NCBI GenBank assembly: GCA_041691295.1
Contig: JBEPVA010000001.1
Location: 6,008-70,007, forward strand
Direction: 5' to 3'
DNA from: Gemmatimonadota bacterium
Lineage (GTDB): Bacteria; Gemmatimonadota; Gemmatimonadetes; Gemmatimonadales; GWC2-71-9
Length of the DNA: 64,000 bases
Shown: positions 1 to 10,017 of the stretch, piece by piece
How positions within the stretch are numbered: position 1 is the first letter of the stretch
Layout: each line of letters begins with the position of its first letter
Translations under genes and position numbers: made by a program
The notes under the pieces: model-generated
What the model was told of the DNA's origin: nothing
The model's input: the letters and a program-made list of their open reading frames with translations, nothing else
Databases searched by the model: none

Positions 1-264
1 GGAGTATCGTTTCCCTTTGCCGCGACCAAACCGCCATTCACCAGCGTGACCACCGGCCAGGACGGCACCGTCTGGCTGCAGCGGGCCCGCGCCATCGAGG
101 ATTCAGTGCCGGTCTACGACGTGGTGGGGCGGCCAGGCCAGGCGGTCAGGACCTTCCAGCTGCCCAAGGGCACCAGCCTGGCGGGCGTCGGCCGTCACGG
201 CGGGATCTACGTCCTGATCCGGGAGGGGGATTTCCAGAAGGTGGGGAGGTACCAACTCAAGTAG
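1..264 (+). CDS. hypothetical protein, C-terminal fragment (5' end outside window)
   Basis: Frame 1 is open from base 1 to TAG 262-264; the ORF-track 46..264 is its tail. Third codon positions are GC-rich. No motif recognised. Confidence 0.45.
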   Translation, partial: GVSFPFAATKPPFTSVTTGQDGTVWLQRARAIEDSVPVYDVVGRPGQAVRTFQLPKGTSLAGVGRHGGIYVLIREGDFQKVGRYQLK

Positions 265-310
265 ACGGACGGTGGGATCGACGGACCGTTTGACCGACGG
301 GCCGACGGAA
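264..310 (+). repeat. short tandem repeat, 8-nt unit GACGGNCC, starting at the stop codon
   Basis: GACGG recurs at 264, 280, 296 and 304 (8/16-nt spacing). A related CGACGGACC copy lies at 401-432, behind the convergent gene's stop (441-443). Confidence 0.55.
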
Positions 311-440
311 GGATCCTCGATCGAGCGCGCCGTTCGGCGGAAATTCTACTGAATGAATGCCCAAGGGGTCTTTGCTCGAGCACAAATCTCCGCCGAGATC
401 CTAGCGACGGACCAACGTTCCGACGGTCCGACTCATATTG

Positions 441-1187
441 TCAGTCCAGCATCGGACTCGACGCATCGCTGTTCCGGGTCGGCCGCTCGCCGTCGGGGTC
501 CTCGGCATTGCCTTTGAGATCGGTCTTCCGCCGATTTCTGCGGCGCCCCTCCTCGTACCACCGACGGGTGATTTCACCGGCCAGCTCGCGGTTCCCCAGT
601 CCAAAGGCCAGGCTCACGCCGAGTGCGATGGCGCCGAGGATCAGGGTAAAGGCCGCGGTGACGATTTCCTCGGCGACGCCCACCTGCTGCAGCGCCATGA
701 ACACCGCGATCATCACCACCATACCCTTGGCGATCTTGGCCAGCGTCGGCACCCCGCTGACTCCGCCGGCTGACGCCAGGATCAATCCCCGCACGAACTC
801 CCCGACCACGATGCCCAGGATCACGATCACGATGCCGGCGATCAGCGTCGGGATGAAACCGAGCATTCGGCCGAAGACCTGATTGATGTTCTCCAGTCCG
901 AGGGCCGTGCTGGCCAGCAGAATCACGACCAGCATCATCAGCCAGAACACCAGCTTGCCCACCGCGTTAACCGGATCGAGATGCGCCCGTTCGGCGGCCT
1001 CGGTCAGTCCGCCGGCATCGGCCATTTTCTTGAACTGGGTCCGCAGCAGCGCCCGATCGACCCAGCGCTCGAGCTGACGGGCCAGCCAGTAGCCGCTCAG
1101 CAGGATGACCAGGGAGGCGATCATGGCAGGGAGCACGTCGCTCAGTTCGCTGGCGCCGAGCGACAGCCGATCCAGGATTTCATTCAC
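441..1187 (-). CDS. membrane protein with 'conserved TM helix' repeats (MscS-related family)
   Basis: 248-aa ORF with several G/A/I/V-rich hydrophobic helices and a charged R/K/D/E tail. Its start at 1187 overlaps the stop of the upstream ADH gene, so they share an operon. Confidence 0.6.
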   Translation of the reverse strand: MNEILDRLSLGASELSDVLPAMIASLVILLSGYWLARQLERWVDRALLRTQFKKMADAGGLTEAAERAHLDPVNAVGKLVFWLMMLVVILLASTALGLENINQVFGRMLGFIPTLIAGIVIVILGIVVGEFVRGLILASAGGVSGVPTLAKIAKGMVVMIAVFMALQQVGVAEEIVTAAFTLILGAIALGVSLAFGLGNRELAGEITRRWYEEGRRRNRRKTDLKGNAEDPDGERPTRNSDASSPMLD

Positions 1188-2220
1188 GGGTCACCTCGAT
1201 GATGATCTTGCCAGTCTGCGCCGCGGCACTGAGCCGGGCCACTGCAGCGGATGCCTCGGCCAGCGGGTGTATTGAATCGATGACGGGCCGCAGCAGCCCC
1301 TGCCCCGCTAGCTCAACGATGCGCCGGAACTCGCCGTCACTGCCCATGGTCGAGCCCATGATGTTCCACTGATACCAGAACAGCTTGCGGACGTCGGTCA
1401 CGCACATCGGGCCGGTGGTGGCACCACAGGTGACCAGCCGGCCCAGCCGGGCCAGGCAGCGGAGCGACTGCTCCCAGGTCTTTTCGCCGACGTTGTCGAG
1501 GACCACCTCGACGCCCCGCCGGTCCGTCACCTTCCGCACCTCGGCGGGGATGTTCTGCTCGACATGGTTGAGGCAGAGATCGGCGCCGAGCTTCTGGGCC
1601 TGGGCCAGCTTATCGGCGGAGGAACTGGTGGCAAAGACGCGGGCGCCCATCAGCTTGGCGATCTGGATGGCCGCCAGTGACACTCCACCGCCGACTCCCC
1701 AGATCAGGACCGTTTCGCCGGGCTTCAATTGGGCCCGGGTCACCAGCATCCGCCACGCTGTCAGCGTCGCGAGCGAAAAACCCGCCGCTTCGGCCCAGGA
1801 CCATCCCTCCGGCACGACCGCGAGATTGCGCTCCGGCACAGCGACATATTCCGCGATGGTGCCGCTGCAATGCTCCCCGAGCATCCGGAAGGTGGTGCAG
1901 AGCGACTGTTCGCCGTGTCGGCACCACTCACAGCTGCCGCACCAGAGACCGGGGTTGATCATGACCCGGGCGCCAGGGCCAAAGCGGGTGACCTCAGGAC
2001 CGGCCGCCTCGACGATGCCGGCGCCGTCAGCACCCATGATGTGCGGCAGCTCGAGACGGACGCTGGGCAATCCGCCGGCCACGAACAGATCGAGACGATT
2101 GAGAGCCGCCGCCTGGATCCGGATCAGGACCTGATCCGCCGCCGTCAGTCGGGGCGGCTCGACTTCCTGGACCCGCAGGTGCTCCGGTCCCCCCAGCGAG
2201 GTGAGGGTGAGCGCCCTCAC
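1180..2220 (-). CDS. zinc-type alcohol dehydrogenase / quinone oxidoreductase (MDR superfamily)
   Basis: 346 aa. Motifs PHIMGADGAGIVEAAG, Cys cluster CGSCEWCRHGEQSLC and Rossmann VLIWGVGGGVSLAAIQIAK. 4-nt overlap with the upstream gene. Confidence 0.85.
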   Translation of the reverse strand: MRALTLTSLGGPEHLRVQEVEPPRLTAADQVLIRIQAAALNRLDLFVAGGLPSVRLELPHIMGADGAGIVEAAGPEVTRFGPGARVMINPGLWCGSCEWCRHGEQSLCTTFRMLGEHCSGTIAEYVAVPERNLAVVPEGWSWAEAAGFSLATLTAWRMLVTRAQLKPGETVLIWGVGGGVSLAAIQIAKLMGARVFATSSSADKLAQAQKLGADLCLNHVEQNIPAEVRKVTDRRGVEVVLDNVGEKTWEQSLRCLARLGRLVTCGATTGPMCVTDVRKLFWYQWNIMGSTMGSDGEFRRIVELAGQGLLRPVIDSIHPLAEASAAVARLSAAAQTGKIIIEVTRE

Positions 2221-4388
2221 AGCGAGGGACTGGCCAGGTTTTCAGCGGGTTGGCCGGGCAGCGCCGCGAACGGCGCACCGGCGGCGGGGCGGAGATACAG
2301 CGTACCGTTCGGCCTGGTGCGATCACCGACCTGGGTAGTGACGTAGACCAGCTTGCCCCCATCAGGCGCGATCGAGAAGAAGGTGATCGGCTTTTCGCTG
2401 GCGACCACGACCGCGACGCTGTCGCTGCCCGCCGGACGCGTCACGATCTGATACCGGTTGGCGCCGGATTTACGCTCGACCAGATAAGCCACCGATCCGT
2501 CGTGCAGGAAACGCGGCGCGCCTTCCCGCCGGTCGCGGGCCAGCGGCGCGGTGGGCTCACTGGTCTCGGCCATGGCGCGGGTGACCACACCGCTGGTCCC
2601 TTCACGGAATACCACATACGCCAGCTCGGCGCCGTCAGCCGAAATCGCGGGCTCCTGGGTGGCAGCGGTGCCGCCGGTGAGTGCGTGGACGTCGGTGCCC
2701 TGTGTGGTCATGCTGTAGATCTGGCTGTGCCCCGCACGCGACGAGGTGAACACGATCCGCTTGCCATCCGGGGTCCAGACCGGAGTATTGTCGAGACCAG
2801 GTTCGCTGGTCAGCCGCTGCGAATTCAAGCCGTCCGCGTCGGCCACCCAGATATCGAAGTTGCCGGCGCCGCCCTTGTCCGAGCTGTACACGATGCGGGT
2901 CCGATCGGGCGAGTAGGACGCCTGCACGTTGGTCGCACCATCGGCCACGATCGGCACCCACTCACTGGACCGGTCCTGGGCCACGGCGTAGATGCCATAG
3001 CCACCGTGGCGGGACGAAGAGACCAGCAGGTCACCGGTGATATAGATCGTGCTGCTGGCGGACTTTCCTCCGGGCCCCGTGACGGTGACGATCGCGCTGC
3101 CCAGGCCCTGGGCGTGCAGGGTGCCGGTCGAGTCGGCCGTGACCACACTGGTGTCGGAGCTGCGCCAGGCCGGCCGGGGCACCGCACCGAGGCGGGTACC
3201 CTGGTCATCCATCAGCGTCGCGACGAGATGGGTGGTGCTGTCAAATCCAAGCGCCACCCGGGACCGGTCGAGGGCCACGGCGCCAGCCACGACCTCGACA
3301 TTCCAGATGGTGTGTTTGTATCCCGGCGTCGAGGCCTCGAGGGTGGTGCGGCCGATGCCACGGGCGCTGAGCTTTCCGGTGAGGGAGTCAAAGGCCGCTA
3401 CGCTCGAGTCGCCGATGCGCCACGAAAACTGGACTCCGGTGATCGGCGTCGAATCGGCCGCTTCGGCCCGGATCCCGAACTGCCGGGCGGTGCCCAGCGG
3501 AATTCGAATGGCGTCATTGGCCGGCGGACTCAGCACAAACCGGGCAATCTGAGGGCGGACGGTGACAGTTAGCCGGACATCCTGGAGAAAACCCGAGGCC
3601 GAGATCGTGGCCTGACCGGAGCCGACGGCGCGGATCAGGCCGGCCGCCTCGATTGTCACGATGGTGGAATCAGAGGTGTGCCAGACGAGGGTCGAGGCCG
3701 GCAGGCGGCGATTACCCTGGGCGGGAACCAGCACGGCCAGCGAATCGCCGTCGCCGACATTGAGAATCACGCTGGTCTGTTCAAAGGCGAGCGGGGTCAG
3801 CGCCACCGCGACTGGGACCCCGACCACCGGCCCGCTGCTGGCAAAGACTTCTATGGTGCCCTGACCCGCGCCAACGCCGAGGATCGTTCCCAGAGTATCC
3901 GACAGCACCGCTACCTCCGGCTTGGTCGATTTCCAGGTTAGATGCATCGTGGTGACTGGCAGTCCATCCGTCCGGACGCCAGTGACGGTCAGATGACCGA
4001 TTTCAGTGGGCAGGAGCGTGAGGCTGGCCGGCTGAACCGACAAGTCCTTGAGCATCGGCTCAGGAGTTCCCGCCACCAGCACGTCGATGGTCTTGGATTT
4101 CTTGCCGGCCTGGATCACGACCTTGGTGCGGCCCGGCGCCAGCCCGGTGATCGTGCCGCTCGATTCCACCCGGGCAATTCGCTGGTCCCGGACCAGGTAC
4201 TTGATGTCGAGGACCGCATCGCCCTTTTCGTCGTAGGCCTGCACACTCAGTCCGGCCCGCTGTCCCACCTTGAGCAGCACCGAGTCCTGCTGCACGAACA
4301 GCTCGCTGGCGGCCTGAGCCGAAAGGGGCGCCAGCGGCAGGCCGCTGAGCAGCAGCAATGTCAGGAGGGTGCGGACCCGGACCATCAT
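2217..4388 (-). CDS. secreted Ig-like (Big_2-type) repeat protein fused to a PD40/TolB-like beta-propeller
   Basis: Signal peptide MMVRVRTLLTLLLLSGLPLAPLSAQA if the start is 4388 (the ORF opens at 4448). Several Ig-like repeats. C-terminal PD40 repeats (SYSPDRTRIVYSS, PVWTPDGKRIVFTS, PAISADGAELAYV). Confidence 0.8.
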   Translation of the reverse strand: MMVRVRTLLTLLLLSGLPLAPLSAQAASELFVQQDSVLLKVGQRAGLSVQAYDEKGDAVLDIKYLVRDQRIARVESSGTITGLAPGRTKVVIQAGKKSKTIDVLVAGTPEPMLKDLSVQPASLTLLPTEIGHLTVTGVRTDGLPVTTMHLTWKSTKPEVAVLSDTLGTILGVGAGQGTIEVFASSGPVVGVPVAVALTPLAFEQTSVILNVGDGDSLAVLVPAQGNRRLPASTLVWHTSDSTIVTIEAAGLIRAVGSGQATISASGFLQDVRLTVTVRPQIARFVLSPPANDAIRIPLGTARQFGIRAEAADSTPITGVQFSWRIGDSSVAAFDSLTGKLSARGIGRTTLEASTPGYKHTIWNVEVVAGAVALDRSRVALGFDSTTHLVATLMDDQGTRLGAVPRPAWRSSDTSVVTADSTGTLHAQGLGSAIVTVTGPGGKSASSTIYITGDLLVSSSRHGGYGIYAVAQDRSSEWVPIVADGATNVQASYSPDRTRIVYSSDKGGAGNFDIWVADADGLNSQRLTSEPGLDNTPVWTPDGKRIVFTSSRAGHSQIYSMTTQGTDVHALTGGTAATQEPAISADGAELAYVVFREGTSGVVTRAMAETSEPTAPLARDRREGAPRFLHDGSVAYLVERKSGANRYQIVTRPAGSDSVAVVVASEKPITFFSIAPDGGKLVYVTTQVGDRTRPNGTLYLRPAAGAPFAALPGQPAENLASPSL

Positions 4389-4448
4389 TGTCCTGTGGCT
4401 ATGGAAGGCAGGAAGTTTAATCGCGACCGGAGATTTCCCAAGCATCAT

Positions 4449-6554
4449 TCAGTGGGCCTGTCGCGGCAGGCGCTCATCCCAGCTCTTTTCCCGGACTACC
4501 CGACCGCCGCTGCGGATCTGCCGCGTGAAGATGACGTGTAGCTCGGCGCTGTCGGAGACGATTTCGATCCGGGTCCGGAGGTCGAGCATTCGAGTGCCGG
4601 TGGCCAGCCGATGCCATTCCTCGCCGAGGAATCGGGAATGGCCGGGATCGGCATCGGTGGTCTGCCAGGTTTCGTGCTCGGTGTTGGTCAGCCGACGAGC
4701 GCCGACATTGTAGGCCCACGAGGTGAACAGCTGCACCGTGGTGGTCCCGGCCAGCTGATCGTGACTGATTCGGCTGACACCGGGTTCAGGCAGGGGACCA
4801 TCGCGGGAATCGGGCGCGTGTGCCCGTGGTTCCGATGCCGGCAGCGCGGCCAACTGGCCCGGCGCCCCGGGCACAATGGGCAGTTCGATGCCTGTCGCCC
4901 TGGTGCCGACGACCAGCGAAGTGCTCATGGCACGCGGTGAGGGCCACATCATCGGGAACTGGGCATTGGTCACCGCGATCCTGATCCGGTGCCCGGGGTG
5001 GAAGGTCCAGGTGGTAAAATGGAGTTCAAAGGCCAGGTCGTACCATTGGCCCGGCACCAGAGGCGTGCTGACGGTGCTGCTGTCGCGCAGGGTGCCATTG
5101 ATTCCGCCGCCGGTGACAAGGGCGACAGGTCCGTCGGGCCCCACATCCTCCAGCCGCACGATCCAGTTGGCCTGCGGCGCGGTGGCCGATACCCGGAGCC
5201 GCACCAGCGGTGTGCCCACCATCGTGAGGGTGTCCGTCAGCAGCGGCGAGTCAAAGACCAGGCTGCCGGCATCGTCGGGCCGCATATCACCGGTGGTCTC
5301 CCCCCACCAGTCGCCGCCGCGGGTGCCGCTGCCGGCCTGATAGGCCAGGCTGACTATTGACGAGTCGCGCGGCGTTGTGCCAAGTCGTCCTTCGGCCTCC
5401 GGGAAGAAGCTTCGCTTATCGAGGCCCGGAATCGGCCACTGCAAAAAGCGCCACTGCCCGGGCGTCATCTGCCGGCTGGCGTCCGGCGGATGGCCATCCC
5501 GCACGAACGTCATGAACCTCGGCTCCTGAAGCAGCCCGGTGTCCTCGTTCCGGAGCCAGTGATTCCACCAGCGCACCGCGCGGGCACGCCACTCGTAATT
5601 CGGTCCGGGAACGCCGTCATCGGGCCAGGCGTGATTCCACGGCCCGATTTCCACCTTGAGCGGCCCCGGCATCCGGTCGAGCGCCCGGATCGGGGTATCC
5701 CGGTAGCCGTCGAGCAGCCCGCCGATGAGATACGCGGGAATCGTCAGCGCGGCGTAGTTGCCACGGGGAGCGTGCTTGCGCCAGAACCGGCCGTCGATCG
5801 GCTGCTTGAGATAGGTGAGGATCCAGGGATAGGCGGTGAAGCGGTTGGCGAAGTAGGCCGAGTCGAGCGGATAGCCGGGAGTCTGCGGCAAGCCGTTCTC
5901 GTGATCGATCTGCAACAGGTAGGGATCGATGTGCAGTACGCCGTCGACGTAGTGCACATCGTCGTGGAACAGGTCGTCGGAAGCGTGCAGCGCGATGATG
6001 GCCTTGAGCGCCGGGGGATGGCGCATCGAGACCTGCAGCGCGTTGAATCCTCCCCAGCTGATCCCCCACATCCCCACACGGCCGTTACTGGCGGGGGCCA
6101 CGGCCAGCTGCCGGATGATCTCGTCAGCGTCCTCGAGCTCGAGGTCGGAATACTCGCGCGGCGGCAGATGCCCCGTCGATCCGCCGCTGCCGCGGATATC
6201 GACCTTGGCCATGATGAAGCCGCGGCGGGTGAAATAATCGTAGAGCGGAAAGTCGCGCTGATAGAATGAGTCGTCCTTGCGATAGGGCAGGTACTCGAGC
6301 AGCACCGGAAACGTTTCGCCGGGAGTGCGTGGGACTGGCCGCCACCAGGTGATGGCCAGCCTGGTGCCGTCCGGCATCGGCAGAAACGAGTGAGTGGTGG
6401 TGTAGCGGTAATCGCGGGCCACAACCGAGTCGTGCCTCAGCGCGGGGCGCGGTGGCACCGCCAGAGAACCGAGCAGCAACAGTCCGCTCACTACCATAGG
6501 TGTCGATCTCGCTGGGTTGGCTGGACGGGAACGGGGCGCAACCTGGCAAGCCAT
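4449..6554 (-). CDS. CocE/NonD family hydrolase (S15 X-Pro dipeptidyl-peptidase-like)
   Basis: 701 aa. Nucleophile elbow GMWGISWGG. C-terminal domain with GHRIRIAVTNAQFP, typical of the family. The true start may be the internal MVVSGLLLLGS, which would be a signal peptide. Confidence 0.85.
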   Translation of the reverse strand: MACQVAPRSRPANPARSTPMVVSGLLLLGSLAVPPRPALRHDSVVARDYRYTTTHSFLPMPDGTRLAITWWRPVPRTPGETFPVLLEYLPYRKDDSFYQRDFPLYDYFTRRGFIMAKVDIRGSGGSTGHLPPREYSDLELEDADEIIRQLAVAPASNGRVGMWGISWGGFNALQVSMRHPPALKAIIALHASDDLFHDDVHYVDGVLHIDPYLLQIDHENGLPQTPGYPLDSAYFANRFTAYPWILTYLKQPIDGRFWRKHAPRGNYAALTIPAYLIGGLLDGYRDTPIRALDRMPGPLKVEIGPWNHAWPDDGVPGPNYEWRARAVRWWNHWLRNEDTGLLQEPRFMTFVRDGHPPDASRQMTPGQWRFLQWPIPGLDKRSFFPEAEGRLGTTPRDSSIVSLAYQAGSGTRGGDWWGETTGDMRPDDAGSLVFDSPLLTDTLTMVGTPLVRLRVSATAPQANWIVRLEDVGPDGPVALVTGGGINGTLRDSSTVSTPLVPGQWYDLAFELHFTTWTFHPGHRIRIAVTNAQFPMMWPSPRAMSTSLVVGTRATGIELPIVPGAPGQLAALPASEPRAHAPDSRDGPLPEPGVSRISHDQLAGTTTVQLFTSWAYNVGARRLTNTEHETWQTTDADPGHSRFLGEEWHRLATGTRMLDLRTRIEIVSDSAELHVIFTRQIRSGGRVVREKSWDERLPRQAH

Positions 6555-6772
6555 ACTGACGAGGGGCGAAGAGCATGACTTAGTACTGTAAGTTATTATA
6601 TATCAGTCATTTAACAAGATTGACTGAATTCAGGGCAGTGGAGTGACCCGGGTTCTGGCAGCGACCTGTGCCGTCGGGGACTATCCGCCACTCTCTCTTG
6701 CAGAACCACCGAAGCGGTGCATCTTATTCAGCAGTTCAATCGCCGACCCGAATTCCCCCGGAGGAGATCACG

Positions 6773-7198
6773 ATGGCCGAGCTGAGCATGATGGAGATGG
6801 GCTGGTCTGGTTCCGGTTGGATGGATCCCGCCCCGATGCCGCTTGATCCGGAGCCTGTCACCCCGGCGCCGACAATGCCGCCCCGACCGGCGCCGACCAT
6901 GAGCTCGCCACCGGCGGCGGCCGCCCCGAAGAAGCCAGCGGCCAAGAAGGCAGCCGCGAAGAAGCCGGCGAAGAAGAAGCCAGCGGCCAAGAAGGCGGCG
7001 GCCGCGAAGAAACCGGCGAAGAAGAAGCCGGCCAGGAAAGCCGCCAAGAAGAAGATCGTGAAGAAGGTGGCCAGGAAGCCGGCCAGGAAAGCCGCCAAGA
7101 AGGTCAAGAAGCCGGCCAAGAAGGCCGCCCGCAAGGCGGCGAAAAAGGCCGCCAGGAAGAGCGGCAAGAAAAAGGGCGGCAAGAAGAAGAAGCGGTAG
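6773..7198 (+). CDS. histone H1-like / AlgP-like lysine-alanine-proline repeat protein
   Basis: ATG 6773 is preceded by GGAGGAG (6760-6766). The C-terminal ~110 aa are almost only A/K/P in AAKKPA/KKAARK repeats. The ORF-track start at 6668 lacks an RBS. Confidence 0.75.
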   Translation: MAELSMMEMGWSGSGWMDPAPMPLDPEPVTPAPTMPPRPAPTMSSPPAAAAPKKPAAKKAAAKKPAKKKPAAKKAAAAKKPAKKKPARKAAKKKIVKKVARKPARKAAKKVKKPAKKAARKAAKKAARKSGKKKGGKKKKR

Positions 7199-7210
7199 CT
7201 CCGCAGTCTC

Positions 7211-7245
7211 AGGCGCCCCGGTCGCGGACCGGGGCGCCTTCGTTT
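7211..7245 (+). terminator. hairpin terminator after the histone-like gene
   Basis: Perfect 13-bp stem aggcgccccggtc/gaccggggcgcct (7211-7239) with a 3-nt loop, followed by tcgtttat. Confidence 0.6.
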
Positions 7246-7317
7246 ATCCTTCCCCGTTACAGCGCGCGACATCCCGAGCAATTTTCCCTCTTGCCATCCT
7301 GGCAGGGACGCTCATTC

Positions 7318-8685
7318 ATGACCATTCCCCGTCCGATCCGCGGTAACCTCTTCCTGCTGCTGGCCGGCGTGCTGCTGGTGGCTTGCACGGCGGCACCCAA
7401 GGACCGGATTGCCCTGATCGGGGCGACGATCATCGATGGCTCGGGCAGTGAACCCCGGCCAGACATGGTCATCGTGATTCATGGCGGTCGGATCGAATCG
7501 ATCGAACCCAAGGCCGGGTTCAAGCTGCCCAAGACCGCGCGGGCGGTCGATGTCAGCGGCAAGTGGATCATCCCCGGGTTGATCGATGCCCACGCGCACG
7601 TGGCCTCATGGACCCTGCCCAGGTACCTGGCCTACGGGGTCACGTCGGTGCGGGACCTGCACGGCACCGAGGACACGATCCTTGGCCTCAAGGAAGAGGC
7701 CGGGCGCGGGGCCATCCTGTCGCCGCGGATCTACAGCGCCGGAGCCATGATCGACGGCGCGCCCAAGACCTACGCCGATGCGTCGGAAGTAAAGACCGAA
7801 GACGAGGCCCGGCGCGCGGTGGATGCGCGGGTAGTGGCGGGAGTGGACTACCTCAAGGTCTACACCCACATCACCCCGGCCTTGCTGAAAGCCGTGGTCG
7901 GGGAAGCCAGCAACTTTCACGTTCCGGTGGCGGCGCATCTCGGGCTGACCGACGCCCTTACCGCGGCCAAGCTCGGGGTTCGCAGCATCGAACACCTGAG
8001 CGGCATCCCTGAGGCCATCGCCAAGAAGCCGGAGCCGATCTATGCGGCGCACCAGTCCGGGTTCTTTGCCGGATGGACGGCGTTCGAGCATGCCTGGAAC
8101 GATCTCGACAGCACCTCGATTTCGCAGGTGGCCATCGAGCTGGCCAGGAGCGGCGTCATCCTGGTACCAACGCTCACGGTGCACGAGACGTTCAGTCACA
8201 TGGACGATTCGACCGGCCTGGCCTCTCCCGATCTCAAGAGTGTCCCTGATTCCGAGATCAAGCGCTGGGATGTGCCGGGGATGATTGCCCGGGCCGGCTG
8301 GAAGCCGGCCGACTTCGAGGCGTTCCGGAAGGCCCGGTCGCAGCAGGACCTGCTGGTCCGAGAATTCCGCAGCGCTGGCGGGATCATCGCGGTCGGCACC
8401 GATGCGTCCAATCAGCTGCTGGTCCCCGGCGCCAGCGAACACGCCGAGCTGTCACTGCTGGTGGCAGCGGGGCTGACTCCGAACGATGCCCTGATAGCCG
8501 CAACTCGGAATGGCGCCACGCTGCTCAGCGCGGATTCGATCGGCCTGCTGATTCCCGGCAAGGTGGCTGACCTGGTGGTGCTCAACAGCGACCCGCTGGC
8601 CGATATTGCCAACACCCGGCACATCGACCTGGTCATGGTGCGGGGCCTGCTGCTGAAGGCCGATTCGCTCCGCTCGAACTGGTAA
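7318..8685 (+). CDS. secreted amidohydrolase family protein
   Basis: ATG 7318 gives the leader MTIPRPIRGNLFLLLAGVLLVAC. Metal-binding IDAHAH motif plus later amidohydrolase-fold blocks (VAAHLG, GTDAS). Confidence 0.85.
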   Translation: MTIPRPIRGNLFLLLAGVLLVACTAAPKDRIALIGATIIDGSGSEPRPDMVIVIHGGRIESIEPKAGFKLPKTARAVDVSGKWIIPGLIDAHAHVASWTLPRYLAYGVTSVRDLHGTEDTILGLKEEAGRGAILSPRIYSAGAMIDGAPKTYADASEVKTEDEARRAVDARVVAGVDYLKVYTHITPALLKAVVGEASNFHVPVAAHLGLTDALTAAKLGVRSIEHLSGIPEAIAKKPEPIYAAHQSGFFAGWTAFEHAWNDLDSTSISQVAIELARSGVILVPTLTVHETFSHMDDSTGLASPDLKSVPDSEIKRWDVPGMIARAGWKPADFEAFRKARSQQDLLVREFRSAGGIIAVGTDASNQLLVPGASEHAELSLLVAAGLTPNDALIAATRNGATLLSADSIGLLIPGKVADLVVLNSDPLADIANTRHIDLVMVRGLLLKADSLRSNW

Positions 8686-8689
8686 GGGA

Positions 8690-9052
8690 GTGGCCGGTGT
8701 CCAGCTGCTGCTGGCCTGGAGCGCCGTGGGCGCCTGGTTTCTGCTCTGGCGCCTGGCTGGAGCCCGCACCGCTGCTGCCAGCAGCACATCGGCCACCACC
8801 ACTCGCCGGGTCCTCTTCCCGCTCGCCATCGAAGCATTGCTCCTGGTGCTCTTTTCCGCCCTCTGGTTCGGCAGTCTGGGACACGGCGCCTGGTGGCTGC
8901 TGTTCCTCGTCATTGGCCGGCTGATCGAAGTGCCTGCCCGCCTCAAGGCCCGGGCCGCCGATCCCGACCGAACTCCGTTCTCCTGTCCCAACCTGACCGG
9001 GTCGCTGGTCCGGCTGCTCGGCGCGGGCGCACTGCTGGCGTGGCTGCTATGA
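8690..9052 (+). CDS. small hydrophobic membrane protein
   Basis: 120 aa with 3-4 hydrophobic helices. GTG start right after AAGGGAG, which is very short spacing. Its stop overlaps the next ATG. Confidence 0.4.
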   Translation: MAGVQLLLAWSAVGAWFLLWRLAGARTAAASSTSATTTRRVLFPLAIEALLLVLFSALWFGSLGHGAWWLLFLVIGRLIEVPARLKARAADPDRTPFSCPNLTGSLVRLLGAGALLAWLL

Positions 9053-9939
9053 GTCCTGCCGAACCGACGCCGGCTGAAGCCGTCGAGAAGCTGGCCGAGT
9101 ATTTCCGGCCACTGCCCACCCGCCAGGGGGTTTTGGCCCGCCGGCTGCTCCGCCGGCCCGCACCGGGCGATGCGGAGCTGACCGTCAAGTTGCAGCGCCA
9201 GCTGGCGGCGGAGGTCGGCCCCGATGGGATGGTGGCCGGCGGCCTGGCCTTTACCGCGTTCCGCCTGATCGAACTGATCGAACTCGGTTGCGATGAGGAA
9301 ACGCCGGCGGTGCCGCGGTTGATTACCTGGCTGCTGGCCCAGCAGGACCAGCCCGGCGCCTATGGGGAATCCTGCGTCCCGACCCGGCACGAGCAGGGCG
9401 CTTGCGAGCACTACCTTGCTGGATTCCTGAGCCCCGGTCCGCTGATGATCCGGGTGGCACCGGTGACTTTCCCCAATGGCAAGGTCTTCCGGGTCGAGCC
9501 GGCCGCACGGTTTGCGCTGAGCTGCCTCGGGCTCCGTGCCCTGCAGCTCACACCGGCCCGGACCTACGCCGCCGTTCGACGGCACCTGAGCTCACTGGCC
9601 AAACTCAAGAATGCCTGGGTGACGTGGGACGGGTTCTTTCCGCCCGACCTGCTGCTCACCGCCCTCACCGCACTCGGCACCGCCGGCGACCTCGAGCGCA
9701 GCGCCACCGCCGCGGCGACCAGTTTCGTGGTGGCCCACCAGAATAGTGAAGGCGAATGGCCCGGGGCCGACCTGTTCGTGGCGCTCGAGGCATTGCTGGC
9801 CGTGGGCAGTCCGGAGGCGCTGGGCGCCATCCATCGGTCGCTACGGTGTTTGATCGAGCGCCAGCGGGCCGATGGCAGCTTCGGGCCGGCGGCGCAGCAG
9901 GAGCGGGCGCTGATCGCGTTGCGGGGGTTGGTGGCTTAG
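9049..9939 (+). CDS. prenyltransferase / squalene-cyclase-like alpha-alpha toroid repeat protein
   Basis: ATG 9049 overlaps the previous stop. Repeat signatures QDQPGAYG, QNSEGEWPG and RQRADGSFG. Confidence 0.6.
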   Translation: MSPAEPTPAEAVEKLAEYFRPLPTRQGVLARRLLRRPAPGDAELTVKLQRQLAAEVGPDGMVAGGLAFTAFRLIELIELGCDEETPAVPRLITWLLAQQDQPGAYGESCVPTRHEQGACEHYLAGFLSPGPLMIRVAPVTFPNGKVFRVEPAARFALSCLGLRALQLTPARTYAAVRRHLSSLAKLKNAWVTWDGFFPPDLLLTALTALGTAGDLERSATAAATSFVVAHQNSEGEWPGADLFVALEALLAVGSPEALGAIHRSLRCLIERQRADGSFGPAAQQERALIALRGLVA

Positions 9940-10017
9940 GGGATAGCGGACGTAATTTTGAGGATGACAGCATTAAAATGATGATGCAGATGTATGTGCG
10001 CCGGCGATCTTTGGTGA

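Noticed and set aside
6668-6772. Upstream start (6668) for the histone-like gene, and sigma70 promoter calls in the AT-rich region 6575-6650.
   Set aside because: ATG 6773 has a canonical GGAGGAG RBS, while 6668 has none. TTGACT at 6620 has no acceptable -10 at 16-18 nt, so no promoter coordinates are reported.
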